Below are positions 9,718 through 18,797 of a DNA stretch of 64,000 nucleotides, in pieces. Below the pieces are notes generated by a model. It saw only the letters and a list, made by a program, of their open reading frames with translations. It was not told the origin of the DNA and searched no databases. Location of the stretch: the NCBI GenBank assembly GCA_035438505.1, contig DAORIM010000001.1, forward strand, positions 7,808-71,807. The letters are read 5' to 3'. A program made the position numbers and the translations under genes. Origin of the DNA: Minisyncoccota bacterium (lineage in GTDB: Bacteria > Patescibacteriota > Minisyncoccia > Phycocordibacterales > Phycocordibacteraceae). Each line of letters begins with the position of its first letter. Position 1 is the stretch's first letter.

Positions 9718-10409
9718 GGTGTTGTAGTTGTTGCGGTACGCGGTGTAGTTGTAGCTGTTGTGGGCTCGCTCACCTGAATAGGTGACGCGCTTTCAGGCAC
9801 CACAACCGTAGAATCAGGAATTCCCGGAAGCACGTCGCCAGACGTAATGAGGCGCGGATCAAGAACCGCAGTGAGCGTAAAGCCTACGGTGCCGTTCTCA
9901 TTCACCTGAATATCGGTGAAGATAGCGCGCTTGATGCGTTTCTCAGCAGCAATAGCGGCGCTTTGTGCCGCAAGCGCGTTAAAGCTGCGCGCTATGCCGT
10001 TCATCTCAATTCCTGCAGAGCGGTCTGCGTCAACTGTAAGGCCGAGGTTGCTGAAGCGCACTGTCTGGAGCGTGCGCACCTCAAGCGTGTTAAAGAATTC
10101 TGAAAGCGCCACATGGCGATCAAGAATAATCTCAACCGCATTCAAGCGATCGCGCAGTCTGATAAATCCTTCAACCGCGTCGATATCAACTTGCTGCTGC
10201 GCGGTAACCAACTCGGCTTCCTTCGTATCGCGCGCGCTCTTTAGATAGAACTCATAGCCGAACGTCGCGAGAGAAGCGACAATCGCAAGGCCAAGCGCGC
10301 CTGCGCCAAGGAGGAAGAAAATATTCGTACCGCTCTTCTGGCGCCGGAGCGTAGGTGCTACGGGCTGCTTTGGTACGAACGACGTTGGAATGGTTGGAGG
10401 AAGAGCCAC
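9714..10409 (-). CDS. PilN-like type IV pilus inner-membrane assembly protein
   Basis: Short cytoplasmic N-terminus, one TM helix (IFFLLGAGALGLAIVASLATF), coiled-coil periplasmic region; immediately downstream of pilM with 4-nt overlap of next gene. Confidence 0.5.
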   Translation of the reverse strand: MALPPTIPTSFVPKQPVAPTLRRQKSGTNIFFLLGAGALGLAIVASLATFGYEFYLKSARDTKEAELVTAQQQVDIDAVEGFIRLRDRLNAVEIILDRHVALSEFFNTLEVRTLQTVRFSNLGLTVDADRSAGIEMNGIARSFNALAAQSAAIAAEKRIKRAIFTDIQVNENGTVGFTLTAVLDPRLITSGDVLPGIPDSTVVVPESASPIQVSEPTTATTTPRTATTTTP

Positions 10410-10462
10410 AGTACTAGTATACGTAATTACTCTGCACCATGTACGGCCTTATACACAGTGTT

Positions 10463-11551
10463 CTATTCCTCTTCCTCAAGCTTGCGAAGCGCAAGACCAA
10501 CGGCAACCGCGAACTCGGGGCCAATCTGCTCGAGCACCGGACGCATAAAGGCAGGTGTTTGGGTTTTTCCGAACGGATCAGCAATGCGCACCTCGGCACC
10601 GAAGAATGTCTTTGCGTATGCCTGCAGCTCTTTCGTAACACCACCCCCGCCCGTGAGAATAAGACAGGAGACCTTCTTTCCTTTTTCAGTCTCGTACTGG
10701 CTAAGCGCGCGCTTCGCCTCTTCGAAAATGCGAGAGAACACGAGCTCTATAGACCGGCGGTCATAGGTACCCTCTTCGTTCTTAAATCCGTGCTCCTTTT
10801 TAAGCGCCTCGGCGCTCCCAACCGAAATACCAGTTGAGGTTGCAATAGTCCTCGTTACGTCTTGGCCGCCGCGCGGAATATTGTGTGAGAGCGCAACCAC
10901 GCCGTGCTCAACGACATACACCTTCGTTGCGGACGCACCGATATCAAGGACGAGCACAGGCTTCACAGGCTCGTCTACAACCGAGCGAATCGTACTGAAA
11001 ATCTCTATTTCGTAGAAGCTTGCCGCAAGCTCTGCGCCGCGCACCACGCCCTCAAGGAGAGTGAGCTCGTCGTTATGCACAGCAACGAGAAGCACCTGCA
11101 CTTTCTTTGAGGGCTCCGCTCCTTCAGGAATTGCTTCCGGGATAATAAACCAATCGAGTTGCACCTCTGAAACAGGTACCGGAATGTACTTGCGCGCCTC
11201 AAGCTCGATAACGGTCTTCTGTTCTTCAGGATTGTCGCGTCGCGGTAGCTCAACAAGCGTTAGGAGCGAGCGCGAGAACGGAATTGAAATGCCGGCATCT
11301 TTGGTTGTAACATTCGCTTCGCGCAAAAGGTCTATCAGTGTCTCGGCAATCTTTGCTGCAGGCATGTTGGTAGCCTGTCCGACCTCAACGCCTGCATACG
11401 GACCGAGTGCGAGTTCTCCGTAGGTTTCAAGAATAGCCGCGCCGCCGTCACGGCGTAGCTGCACCACCTTAAGCGAAGAAGAGCCGATATCAACACCAAT
11501 AACGCTCTTACTTTTTATGGTGCCGCCGAATAGTTTAGACAGGAACCCCAT
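10463..11551 (-). CDS. pilM: type IV pilus assembly protein PilM (actin-like ATPase fold)
   Basis: VIGVDIGSSSLKVVQL... acetate/sugar kinase-actin fold N-terminus, DIGASATKV second phosphate motif; 362 aa; head of pil operon. Confidence 0.8.
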   Translation of the reverse strand: MGFLSKLFGGTIKSKSVIGVDIGSSSLKVVQLRRDGGAAILETYGELALGPYAGVEVGQATNMPAAKIAETLIDLLREANVTTKDAGISIPFSRSLLTLVELPRRDNPEEQKTVIELEARKYIPVPVSEVQLDWFIIPEAIPEGAEPSKKVQVLLVAVHNDELTLLEGVVRGAELAASFYEIEIFSTIRSVVDEPVKPVLVLDIGASATKVYVVEHGVVALSHNIPRGGQDVTRTIATSTGISVGSAEALKKEHGFKNEEGTYDRRSIELVFSRIFEEAKRALSQYETEKGKKVSCLILTGGGGVTKELQAYAKTFFGAEVRIADPFGKTQTPAFMRPVLEQIGPEFAVAVGLALRKLEEEE

Positions 11552-12174
11552 TGCCGGGATTGTATCATGCAGGTATGGGTGTTTTATCTGCCATCCTCAA
11601 TTTTTTGTTCCCGCCGAGGCGATCTTCTTCACTTGTCGCTACTACAACTCCCCTTTCACTCGCGTCTCTCGTGCGCGAGCAAGAACTTTCGGGAAACATG
11701 GCCGCGCTGCTTCCGTACCGCAACGAGCTGGTTAAGGCATGCGTACTCGAAGCGAAGTTCCATGACAGCGCGCGAGCGCAAGAACTGCTCGGAGGCGTGC
11801 TCGCTAGCTATCTAGCGGATTTAGATGAAGATAGCTCGTCTCTCATTCTTATACCTCTTCCTCTCTCAAAGGAACGCCGAGCGAAGCGCGGATATAACCA
11901 AGCGGAACGCATCGCACGGTATACGGACATCGGTACCCTGCGTACAGACATACTAGTGCGAACTCGCGATACCGCGCCGCAGACTTCTCTGGGGAGAGAA
12001 GAACGGAAACTAAACGTTGTGGGTGCGTTTTCAGTCCAAGGAGCCATCGATCCTTCCTATACCTATATAGTGTTCGACGACGTCCTTACTACCGGCGCCA
12101 CCCTTTCCGCTGCTATGGAGGCCCTTTGGAGCGCTGGGGCGCAAAGGGTTAGAGGTGTCGCGTTGGCGCATTAG
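11551..12174 (+). CDS. comFC: ComF family protein (ComFC-like phosphoribosyltransferase-fold competence protein)
   Basis: C-terminal PRTase motif YIVFDDVLTTGATLSAAMEAL; divergent from pilM; the ORF-track start at 11551 is a TTG, an ATG at 11575 is an alternative; lacks the usual N-terminal Cys zinc finger. Confidence 0.6.
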   Translation: MPGLYHAGMGVLSAILNFLFPPRRSSSLVATTTPLSLASLVREQELSGNMAALLPYRNELVKACVLEAKFHDSARAQELLGGVLASYLADLDEDSSSLILIPLPLSKERRAKRGYNQAERIARYTDIGTLRTDILVRTRDTAPQTSLGREERKLNVVGAFSVQGAIDPSYTYIVFDDVLTTGATLSAAMEALWSAGAQRVRGVALAH

Positions 12175-12202
12175 GGACCAAATGATAAGGTAGTCCGTAC
12201 AG

Positions 12203-12288
12203 GAGACGTGGCTGAGTGGTCGAAAGTACCTCACTGCTAACGAGGCGAGCTGTAAAAGGCTCCGAGGGTTCGAATCCCTCCGTCTCCG
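12203..12288 (+). tRNA. tRNA-Ser (anticodon GCT)
   Basis: Cloverleaf: acceptor ggagacg/cgtctcc, anticodon loop ctGCTaa, long variable arm cgagctgtaaaaggctccg, T-arm gagggttcgaatccctc; CCA not encoded. Confidence 0.8.
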
Positions 12289-12319
12289 CTACACCCGGAC
12301 ACACTAGCGACGCTAGTGC

Positions 12320-12358
12320 TTCTGAAGAAGAGTCTGCCACCTTGGCAGACTCTTCTTC
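12320..12358 (+). terminator. rho-independent terminator after tRNA-Ser
   Basis: gaagaagagtctgccaccttggcagactcttcttcttttc: perfect 14-bp stem followed by T-tract. Confidence 0.6.
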
Positions 12359-12392
12359 TTTTCTACAGATACCTTTTCATACACTTACGAGC

Positions 12393-13064
12393 ATGGAATG
12401 GAACCTCTCTCCTCGCGATGCGGTAGCTCTGCAGAAAGAACTCAGGAGCCAGGTGCAGCTAACACCACTTACCATAGAACCCGAGCTTGTCGGCGGCTGC
12501 GACGTATCGATGAATCGCTTTGCGAAAGAGGGATTCGCTGGATTCGTTACACTGAGCTACCCAGAACTTTTGATTCAGGACAGCTCAGTAGTTAAAGACG
12601 TGATCCCTTTTCCTTACGTACCCGGCCTTCTCTCGTTCCGAGAGATTCCCATGCTGCTTAAAGCGTGGGAGAAGCTTGCAAAGAAACCTGACGTGCTCCT
12701 TGTGGACGGCATCGGCATAGCGCACCCCCGCAGACTCGGCATAGCATCACACCTCGGACTCGTGCTTGCTATACCAACAATTGGCTGCGCCAAGAGTGTG
12801 CTGACAGGTTCGTACGAAGAACCTGGCAACGAGCCTGGCGATTGGTCCCCTCTTGTAGACCCCAAAACGAACGAAACCATCGGCGCTGCGCTGCGCACAA
12901 AACGAAACGTAAAACCCATGTTTATATCTCCCGGACACCAAATAACGCTTACGGACGCGATTCGCGTCGTTATGGGGTGCGTAAGGAAGCACCGCCTCCC
13001 CGAACCTACACGCCAGGCGCACCTGGCTGTAAACGAGCACCGCGTAACAGATAGGGGGATCTAA
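12393..13064 (+). CDS. nfi: endonuclease V (deoxyinosine 3' endonuclease)
   Basis: Conserved motifs GGCDVS...VDGIGIAHPRRLGIASHLGLVLAIPTIGCAKS typical of Nfi; start moved to ATG at 12393 because the upstream part of the ORF overlaps the tRNA. Confidence 0.8.
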   Translation: MEWNLSPRDAVALQKELRSQVQLTPLTIEPELVGGCDVSMNRFAKEGFAGFVTLSYPELLIQDSSVVKDVIPFPYVPGLLSFREIPMLLKAWEKLAKKPDVLLVDGIGIAHPRRLGIASHLGLVLAIPTIGCAKSVLTGSYEEPGNEPGDWSPLVDPKTNETIGAALRTKRNVKPMFISPGHQITLTDAIRVVMGCVRKHRLPEPTRQAHLAVNEHRVTDRGI

Positions 13065-13100
13065 TTCGTCTGAAAGAGAAAGACCTGGTATACAAAAGGC

Positions 13101-13958
13101 ATGCACAAATTTCTTAAGATCGCGCTAATCGCGCTCCTCGTACTATTCGCTGGCATCGGCCTTCTCTTTACGGCCGTATTCGTGGCGATGCAGTTTGGTC
13201 TGCTTAACGTGCGCGGCTCGATTCTTGAGCGCAACGCCTTTTTCGTTGGCGACGCAAAAGAAGCATCCGCAAGCATTCCCGCACAACCCTGCGTTGATAC
13301 AACAAAGACAACCTGCCCTTGGAACGAGACTCCTGAGTGGGATGTAGTTGAAGGCGGCCTTACGAAGGACGCGGCAATCATTACGCGCGTTGCGCAAGAA
13401 ACAGGCGTTGAAGCGCGTCTCATTGCGGCGTCCGTTATTCCCGAGCAAATACGTTTCTTTACCGCAGAGCGCGAAGTATTCAAGCGACACTTCGAGCCGC
13501 TCAAGATCCTTGGCTCTCTTTCGCAGTTTTCCCTAGGCGTCTCGGGCATAAAGCAGGAGACCGCCCGGCTCGTTGAGCAGTACGCAAACGATCCTTCGTC
13601 TGAGTTCTATCCAGGTCCCGACGCAGCAGATCTTCTCGCATACGACAGCTCCATTGCAGACCGCGATGCAGAACTCTTTCGTCGCCTTACAGACGAAGAC
13701 AATCATTACTACTCCTATCTCTACACCGCTCTCTATCTGAAGGAAGTAATGATGCAGTGGGAGCGCGCAGGGTTCCCTGTTGAGAACGATCCGTATGCGC
13801 TCGTTACCCTATTCAACATCGGCTTTGCAAACTCCCGCCCCAACGCGCAGCCGCAGCCTGGTGGAGCTGCTATCTCAGTTGGCGGAATAACGTACACGTT
13901 TGGGCAGCTCGGAGGCGACTTCTACACCTCTACAGAACTCACGTCCGTACTTCCCTAG
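13101..13958 (+). CDS. hypothetical membrane-anchored protein
   Basis: N-terminal TM helix (IALIALLVLFAGIGLLFTAVFVAMQF), 285 aa, no recognised family. Confidence 0.4.
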   Translation: MHKFLKIALIALLVLFAGIGLLFTAVFVAMQFGLLNVRGSILERNAFFVGDAKEASASIPAQPCVDTTKTTCPWNETPEWDVVEGGLTKDAAIITRVAQETGVEARLIAASVIPEQIRFFTAEREVFKRHFEPLKILGSLSQFSLGVSGIKQETARLVEQYANDPSSEFYPGPDAADLLAYDSSIADRDAELFRRLTDEDNHYYSYLYTALYLKEVMMQWERAGFPVENDPYALVTLFNIGFANSRPNAQPQPGGAAISVGGITYTFGQLGGDFYTSTELTSVLP

Positions 13959-14235
13959 CTTCACGTTCTTCTCATGCATGCATGCGTAGTATGCGTGCAT
14001 ATGCCTACACCAAGCATTGAGACATTCCTATCTCGCAAATATCAGGATACGACCCATCCGTTTGCCCGTCGCCTTAACCAGGTGCCGATTCTTGGAGGAT
14101 TTGCACGCGCATGGATACGTACGCGCCAGCAGACCGATACCCAGTCCCTCTGGGCATCCCTGCCACCAATGGCTGCCTAGTGCTGCGAGAGCGGTATAGA
14201 ATGGAGGTAGGCCTGCGCGGCTTAACCCCAAATCT

Positions 14236-14715
14236 ATGAATACGAAGATTGTCCTTGCACTTGTTGCTATCGTGCTTATTGGCGCCCTTGCCTGGTTCGC
14301 CCTTTCACCGAATCCAGCTACCGCTCCTACTGACGGCGCTCTCGAAGAAAACACGACTTCCCAAACGGAAGCAGTTGAGGAAGACGACACGTCTGCAGTT
14401 ACGACCGTTACGCTTACCGACTCAGGATTCTCCCCGAGCTCCGTTACCATTTCCGTTGGCCAGACTGTGCGCTTCGTGAATAACTCTTCGCGCGGCATGT
14501 GGGTTGGTGCAGATGAGCACCCTACACACACTGAGTACGACGGGACCTCAACGCGCGAGCATTGCGCAGATGGCGCGAACACGACGGGAAGTTTTGATCA
14601 GTGCACCTCTGCTCCTGCAGGCGCGTCTTGGGACTACACCTTCCTAAAGTCAGGAACCTTCGGATACCACAACCATGTAGGTGCTTCGAACACGGGTACC
14701 GTGATTGTTCGGTAG
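14236..14715 (+). CDS. cupredoxin-like (plastocyanin/azurin-fold) domain protein, membrane anchored
   Basis: N-terminal TM anchor, acidic linker, C-terminal beta domain with TISVGQTVRFVNNS...H...C...GYHNH arrangement reminiscent of type-1 copper or EfeO-like cupredoxin ligands. Confidence 0.45.
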   Translation: MNTKIVLALVAIVLIGALAWFALSPNPATAPTDGALEENTTSQTEAVEEDDTSAVTTVTLTDSGFSPSSVTISVGQTVRFVNNSSRGMWVGADEHPTHTEYDGTSTREHCADGANTTGSFDQCTSAPAGASWDYTFLKSGTFGYHNHVGASNTGTVIVR

Positions 14716-14716
14716 T

Positions 14717-15088
14717 ATGACGAATCCGCTCCATCTCCCCGCGCCAGAACTTCTTCTGCGCGTTGCGCTCGCGCTTTCCTTTATCTATCCCGCGCTCTCC
14801 GCGCTCGTTGATCCGTATGCGTGGATAGGTTATTTCCCTGGCTTTCTTATTACTGCAGTCGGCGGGCACGAGCTTCTTCTATTGCACGCCTGGGGCGTAT
14901 TTGAAGTACTGCTTGCGGTCTGGGTACTGTTCGGAAAGCGGGTGTTTATTCCAAGCAGCATCATGGCGCTCGCGCTTGTGCTTGTAGTGGTTGCGAATCC
15001 TGGTCAGTTCCCTATTCTCTTCCGTGATCTCTCCATCGCGCTCGCCTCAGGAGCGCTTGCGTGGATGCACCGACCAACCCATGCGTAA
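14717..15088 (+). CDS. DoxX-family small membrane protein
   Basis: ~125 aa, four hydrophobic helices (LLLRVALALSFIYPALSAL...); start trimmed to Met5 to avoid overlapping the upstream stop. Confidence 0.45.
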   Translation: MTNPLHLPAPELLLRVALALSFIYPALSALVDPYAWIGYFPGFLITAVGGHELLLLHAWGVFEVLLAVWVLFGKRVFIPSSIMALALVLVVVANPGQFPILFRDLSIALASGALAWMHRPTHA

Positions 15089-15518
15089 TACGCGCTGCGC
15101 CGGGGGCATTGTGCTCGGAGACCATGGCACCATCGCGCTTGTTCGCCGCGATCAAGGAAGGGGCTGGACCTTTCCGAAGGGCCACATAGACGAAGGCGAG
15201 ACAGACGAGGAAGCGGCGCTTCGGGAAATCAGCGAAGAGACGGGGCTTGCGAACCTTGAATACATCGATGACCTCGGCTCGTACGAGCGGTATCGCATCA
15301 GCGCAGACGGGATTTCGGACGACAAGTCAGAACTTAAGGAAATCCATCTCTATCTCTACGCTGCGCAGCCGCATACAGCACTGTCGGCCGACAACGAAAT
15401 CGGTGCAGCAGAGTGGGTGCCGCTGCCCAAAGTTATTGATACGCTTACACACCCCAAAGACCGCGCATGGTTTACTACCGTGTTTGAGCGTGTGCGCCAA
15501 GCAGTGCAGAGAGACTAA
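15081..15518 (+). CDS. NUDIX hydrolase
   Basis: Nudix box GHIDEGETDEEAALREISEETGL (GX5EX7REUXEEXGU); start at internal ATG 15081 (8-nt overlap with the preceding gene). Confidence 0.75.
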   Translation: MRNTRCAGGIVLGDHGTIALVRRDQGRGWTFPKGHIDEGETDEEAALREISEETGLANLEYIDDLGSYERYRISADGISDDKSELKEIHLYLYAAQPHTALSADNEIGAAEWVPLPKVIDTLTHPKDRAWFTTVFERVRQAVQRD

Positions 15519-15546
15519 GAAAAAGCCCGCTTGATGCGGGCTTTTT
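15519..15546. terminator. bidirectional rho-independent terminator hairpin
   Basis: aaaaagcccgcttgatgcgggcttttt between convergent NUDIX (+) and malic enzyme (-) genes. Confidence 0.7.
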
Positions 15547-15547
15547 C

Positions 15548-16690
15548 TTATCGCACTGCTTTGGCAACTGCAGGAACCACGCGCTTATCAAGCACGTCAG
15601 GGATTATTTTATTCTTCGTTGGCTTTGCTACGAGTGCCGCAAGTGCTTTGGCGGCGCGCAGCTTTGATTCCTCCGTGATACGCGTCACTCCCTTATCAAG
15701 CGCGCCCCGAAATATTCCCGGGAACACGAGCGCGTTATTAATCTGATTCGGGAAATCAGAGCGTCCTGTTGCAACAACAAGCGCGCCTCCCCTCTTCGCC
15801 TCCTCCGGCATAATCTCTGGAATTGGATTTGAGAGCGCGAATACAATAGCGTTCGGCGCCATAGTGCTTATGTCTGCAGCTGAAACAAGATTTGGCCCTG
15901 AAACACCGATAAACACATCGCTTTCAGGGAGCACAGCATCGAGACTTCCTGAAACCTTCCTAGGATTCGTGAGCGCTGCGATTTCTTGCTTGCTCTGATT
16001 AAGATCCGGCCGGCCTTCGTAAATAGCTCCACCCCGGTCAAGCAACACGATGTCGCTAACACCTGAAAGCTTGAGAAGCTTCGCAATTGCAACGCCTGCG
16101 GCGCCTGCGCCTGAAATAACAACTTTAAGTTTCTTAAACGGCTTCCCTGCAACCGCAGCCGCATTAATGAGGCCAGCGAGCACTACGATTGCCGTGCCGT
16201 GCTGGTCGTCATGCATAACGGGAATATTGAGTCCCGCTATAAGGCGCTGCTCAATATCGAAGCATTGCGGTGCCTTAATGTCCTCGAGGTTGATACCGCC
16301 GAATCCAGGAGCAATAGCGAGCACGGTGCGTACGATTTCGTCAGGGTCCTGGGTATCAAGAACAATCGGCCAAGCATCAATGCCAGCGAGCTTGCGGAAT
16401 ATGAGTGCCTTGCCTTCCATAACTGGCAGTGCGCCATAGGGACCGATGTTTCCAAGGCCAAGCACCGCAGATCCGTCTGAAATAACCGCAACGCTGTTTT
16501 TCTTAACGGACATTTTGCGCGCGTCCTCCGGATGCGCGGAAAGATGCGCAGACGCAACGCCCACGCCAGGCGTATAGAAAAGTGAAAACGCTTCTTTTGT
16601 GGAAAGCTTTGCACGACCCTTGGTCTCTATGCGAGCACCAAGCTTTTTAAACGCGGCGAGTATTTGTGCGGATGATTGTTTTTTGGACAT
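15548..16690 (-). CDS. NAD(P)-dependent malic enzyme (short form)
   Basis: Malic-enzyme N-terminal and NAD-binding domains: FSLFYTPGV, dinucleotide fold VISGAGAAGVAIAKLL, ~380 aa. Confidence 0.8.
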   Translation of the reverse strand: MSKKQSSAQILAAFKKLGARIETKGRAKLSTKEAFSLFYTPGVGVASAHLSAHPEDARKMSVKKNSVAVISDGSAVLGLGNIGPYGALPVMEGKALIFRKLAGIDAWPIVLDTQDPDEIVRTVLAIAPGFGGINLEDIKAPQCFDIEQRLIAGLNIPVMHDDQHGTAIVVLAGLINAAAVAGKPFKKLKVVISGAGAAGVAIAKLLKLSGVSDIVLLDRGGAIYEGRPDLNQSKQEIAALTNPRKVSGSLDAVLPESDVFIGVSGPNLVSAADISTMAPNAIVFALSNPIPEIMPEEAKRGGALVVATGRSDFPNQINNALVFPGIFRGALDKGVTRITEESKLRAAKALAALVAKPTKNKIIPDVLDKRVVPAVAKAVR

Positions 16691-16752
16691 AGAAAAGACT
16701 AGAGACGCCGTGAAGCGTCTCTAGTCTATCCCACCTTTATGACATCAGCTAT

Positions 16753-18312
16753 TTATGCGGAGCACTGCTTAAGAAGCGCCGCCTTTGTTGCCGGACCAAC
16801 GAGTCCGTATGCGCTTGAAGCAGGAGTTACGATTGCTTCCTTAACCTGGAATCGCTTAATAGCGGCAAGGGTCGCAGGGCCAAAGTACCCCGTTACTTTC
16901 CCTTCTGGGTATATCTCTTTGTCCTTCGCAAGAAGAGTCTGCAGGCGCGTAACTTCGCCATTGGTTGCTTCGTCTGTTGCATCAACTGCAAGTTCGCCGG
17001 TAAACGCGGAGCAACCAGGCGCCGCAGCAACGGGTGCAGTCGGAGTTAGGGCCGCAGGAGCCGGTACTGTCGCAAGCACGGGTGTTGCAAGACCAAACGA
17101 AGCGTTAAGAGCTGTACGCGTCTGTGGACCGAACGTAGCTGCCTGCGCGAGACCCTTTGAAGCCTGGAACGCCTTAAGTGCTTCTACAGTGCACGGATTC
17201 ATGATTCCTGACACAGGGCAGACGCCAAGCGAAGCTTCGGTTCCCGGATAGAATCCAAGCTCTCGTAGTGCTGCCTGAAGTGCATAGATATCGCGAGCAG
17301 CATCGGGAGAGGTGCTTGCGGTTGATGTGGCGAGCACGTCGGTTGAGAACGTGTGTGGAAGCACCTTGCTCTCGTAGCGAGGCCTTCCCGCGGAACCGAA
17401 GAAGTCCTTTACACCAAGCGCTGTCTGGTACGCAAAGTCGTCGAAGACTTCGTTGCGTGCAGGACCGTCAGCAATACGCGGCTCATAAATGTACCCGTAC
17501 TCAACAAGAAGGCTCGGTGCCTCGCTCGTATTAAAGGCACCAACGGCAATGAGTTCCCGGCTCTCAACAATTCCCTCTGTCTCTAGTCCGAAGGAAGAGA
17601 TTGCGTTCGTTGCCTTGAGCCGCTCAAAAATTGGCTCCGCTATAGCAAGCGAGACTTCAGCGTTTCCATACATTTCGTCAGGCACGTAGATAGCTGCGCC
17701 CGAGTGCGCGCCGCGCTGGTTCGAGCCGTGTCCAAGCTCGTCGTTAAGATGGAGATGCAGTACGAGATCTACATCATTCTCGTTTGACCACTTCGATACG
17801 CCATAGAGGCGAAGCGCGACGTCTCGCGCCGCTTCGTTATGTGCCGACTGCTCTTTATCCTCGTCAACGCGTCCACGATCAAGAAGCTTGTCGTACGTCT
17901 TCTTAGCACTGTCGACGAATCGCTCGATCTTCGCTCCCTGGCGATCAAAGTATTTCTCAAAGTTGCTGTTCCAGCCTTGGTTCCCTCGTGCAACAAGCAC
18001 TTCTAAGTTGCTGTCGGTTGAAAGTTCCTTTTGGAGCCGATTCGCAATATCAACCACGAGCTCTCGCTCGTAGTACCCCATGAATTCAGCGCCGCCCTGG
18101 GAAGGTTCGTGACCGGGCATGATGAGGATGCGGACCTTCTCTCCCCCGGCTTGTGCGTCTGCATACGCTTCGGCGAGATCGTCTGCACTCATGGTTTGTT
18201 TATACGCATCGCGCGACGAACGCGACGCAGCCTCAAGGCTTGGGGCGCTGCTTGAAAACACAATGCCCGCTATAAGAGCTACAGAAAGGAGGGAGAAAAG
18301 ATTAGTACGCAT
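16753..18312 (-). CDS. N-acetylmuramoyl-L-alanine amidase (Amidase_3-like) with C-terminal peptidoglycan-binding repeats; secreted
   Basis: Signal peptide; catalytic region ILIMPGHEPSQGGAE...DLVLHLHLNDE; two PG_binding_1-like repeats (LQAALRELGFYPG..., LKAFQASKGL..., IKRFQVKEAIV). Confidence 0.6.
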   Translation of the reverse strand: MRTNLFSLLSVALIAGIVFSSSAPSLEAASRSSRDAYKQTMSADDLAEAYADAQAGGEKVRILIMPGHEPSQGGAEFMGYYERELVVDIANRLQKELSTDSNLEVLVARGNQGWNSNFEKYFDRQGAKIERFVDSAKKTYDKLLDRGRVDEDKEQSAHNEAARDVALRLYGVSKWSNENDVDLVLHLHLNDELGHGSNQRGAHSGAAIYVPDEMYGNAEVSLAIAEPIFERLKATNAISSFGLETEGIVESRELIAVGAFNTSEAPSLLVEYGYIYEPRIADGPARNEVFDDFAYQTALGVKDFFGSAGRPRYESKVLPHTFSTDVLATSTASTSPDAARDIYALQAALRELGFYPGTEASLGVCPVSGIMNPCTVEALKAFQASKGLAQAATFGPQTRTALNASFGLATPVLATVPAPAALTPTAPVAAAPGCSAFTGELAVDATDEATNGEVTRLQTLLAKDKEIYPEGKVTGYFGPATLAAIKRFQVKEAIVTPASSAYGLVGPATKAALLKQCSA

Positions 18313-18383
18313 ATAGGTCTACCGTATCACGATACGAATATCCCCAGTCTTGCAGACCGGGGATGATTTGCGTGTGAAGGCTA

Positions 18384-18797
18384 TTAGCGAATCTTCTTTG
18401 GCTTCACAAACACCTTTGCGGTGCAGGTGGCAGTGGTGCCATTCTTCCCTGTGAAGGTGAGTGGGAAGAGGTGCTTTCCTGGTACTGCGATGGAAATGCG
18501 CTGGCGGCCGTCTGCTGGCCACTCCTGATCTCCTTGTACAAGACCGGTCATCTTAACTGCGTCGTCGCTCTTCCAAACAATGGAGAGCGTGCCGCCTGAG
18601 CGCATGTGCTTTTTGGTTGCGCGCACCTCACAGGTTGGAGGAATCGGCACCATAGTGATGTTCTTAATCGAAAGCTGCACAGGTTCTGCTGCGCGTGCGG
18701 GCGATGCGACACCCAAAAGAAGAAGCGGGAGCACGAGGACGATGCTTAGGCGCATAGCGGTCTTTGTAGTCATATGTTCTATGAGAACATTCTTCAT
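18384..18797 (-). CDS. hypothetical secreted protein
   Basis: Cleavable signal peptide (LSIVLVLPLLLLGVASPARAAEP), 137 aa, no family assignment. Confidence 0.4.
   Translation of the reverse strand: MKNVLIEHMTTKTAMRLSIVLVLPLLLLGVASPARAAEPVQLSIKNITMVPIPPTCEVRATKKHMRSGGTLSIVWKSDDAVKMTGLVQGDQEWPADGRQRISIAVPGKHLFPLTFTGKNGTTATCTAKVFVKPKKIR

Noticed and set aside
12216-12392. 5' extension of the endonuclease V ORF
   Set aside because: This part of the ORF is the tRNA-Ser gene and its terminator hairpin translated in-frame. The conserved Nfi sequence starts at the ATG at 12393.
14028-14582. 184-aa minus-strand ORF opposite the cupredoxin-like gene
   Set aside because: Antisense to a plus-strand ORF with a clear signal-anchor plus beta-domain organisation. 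No motifs; probably a GC-rich shadow ORF.
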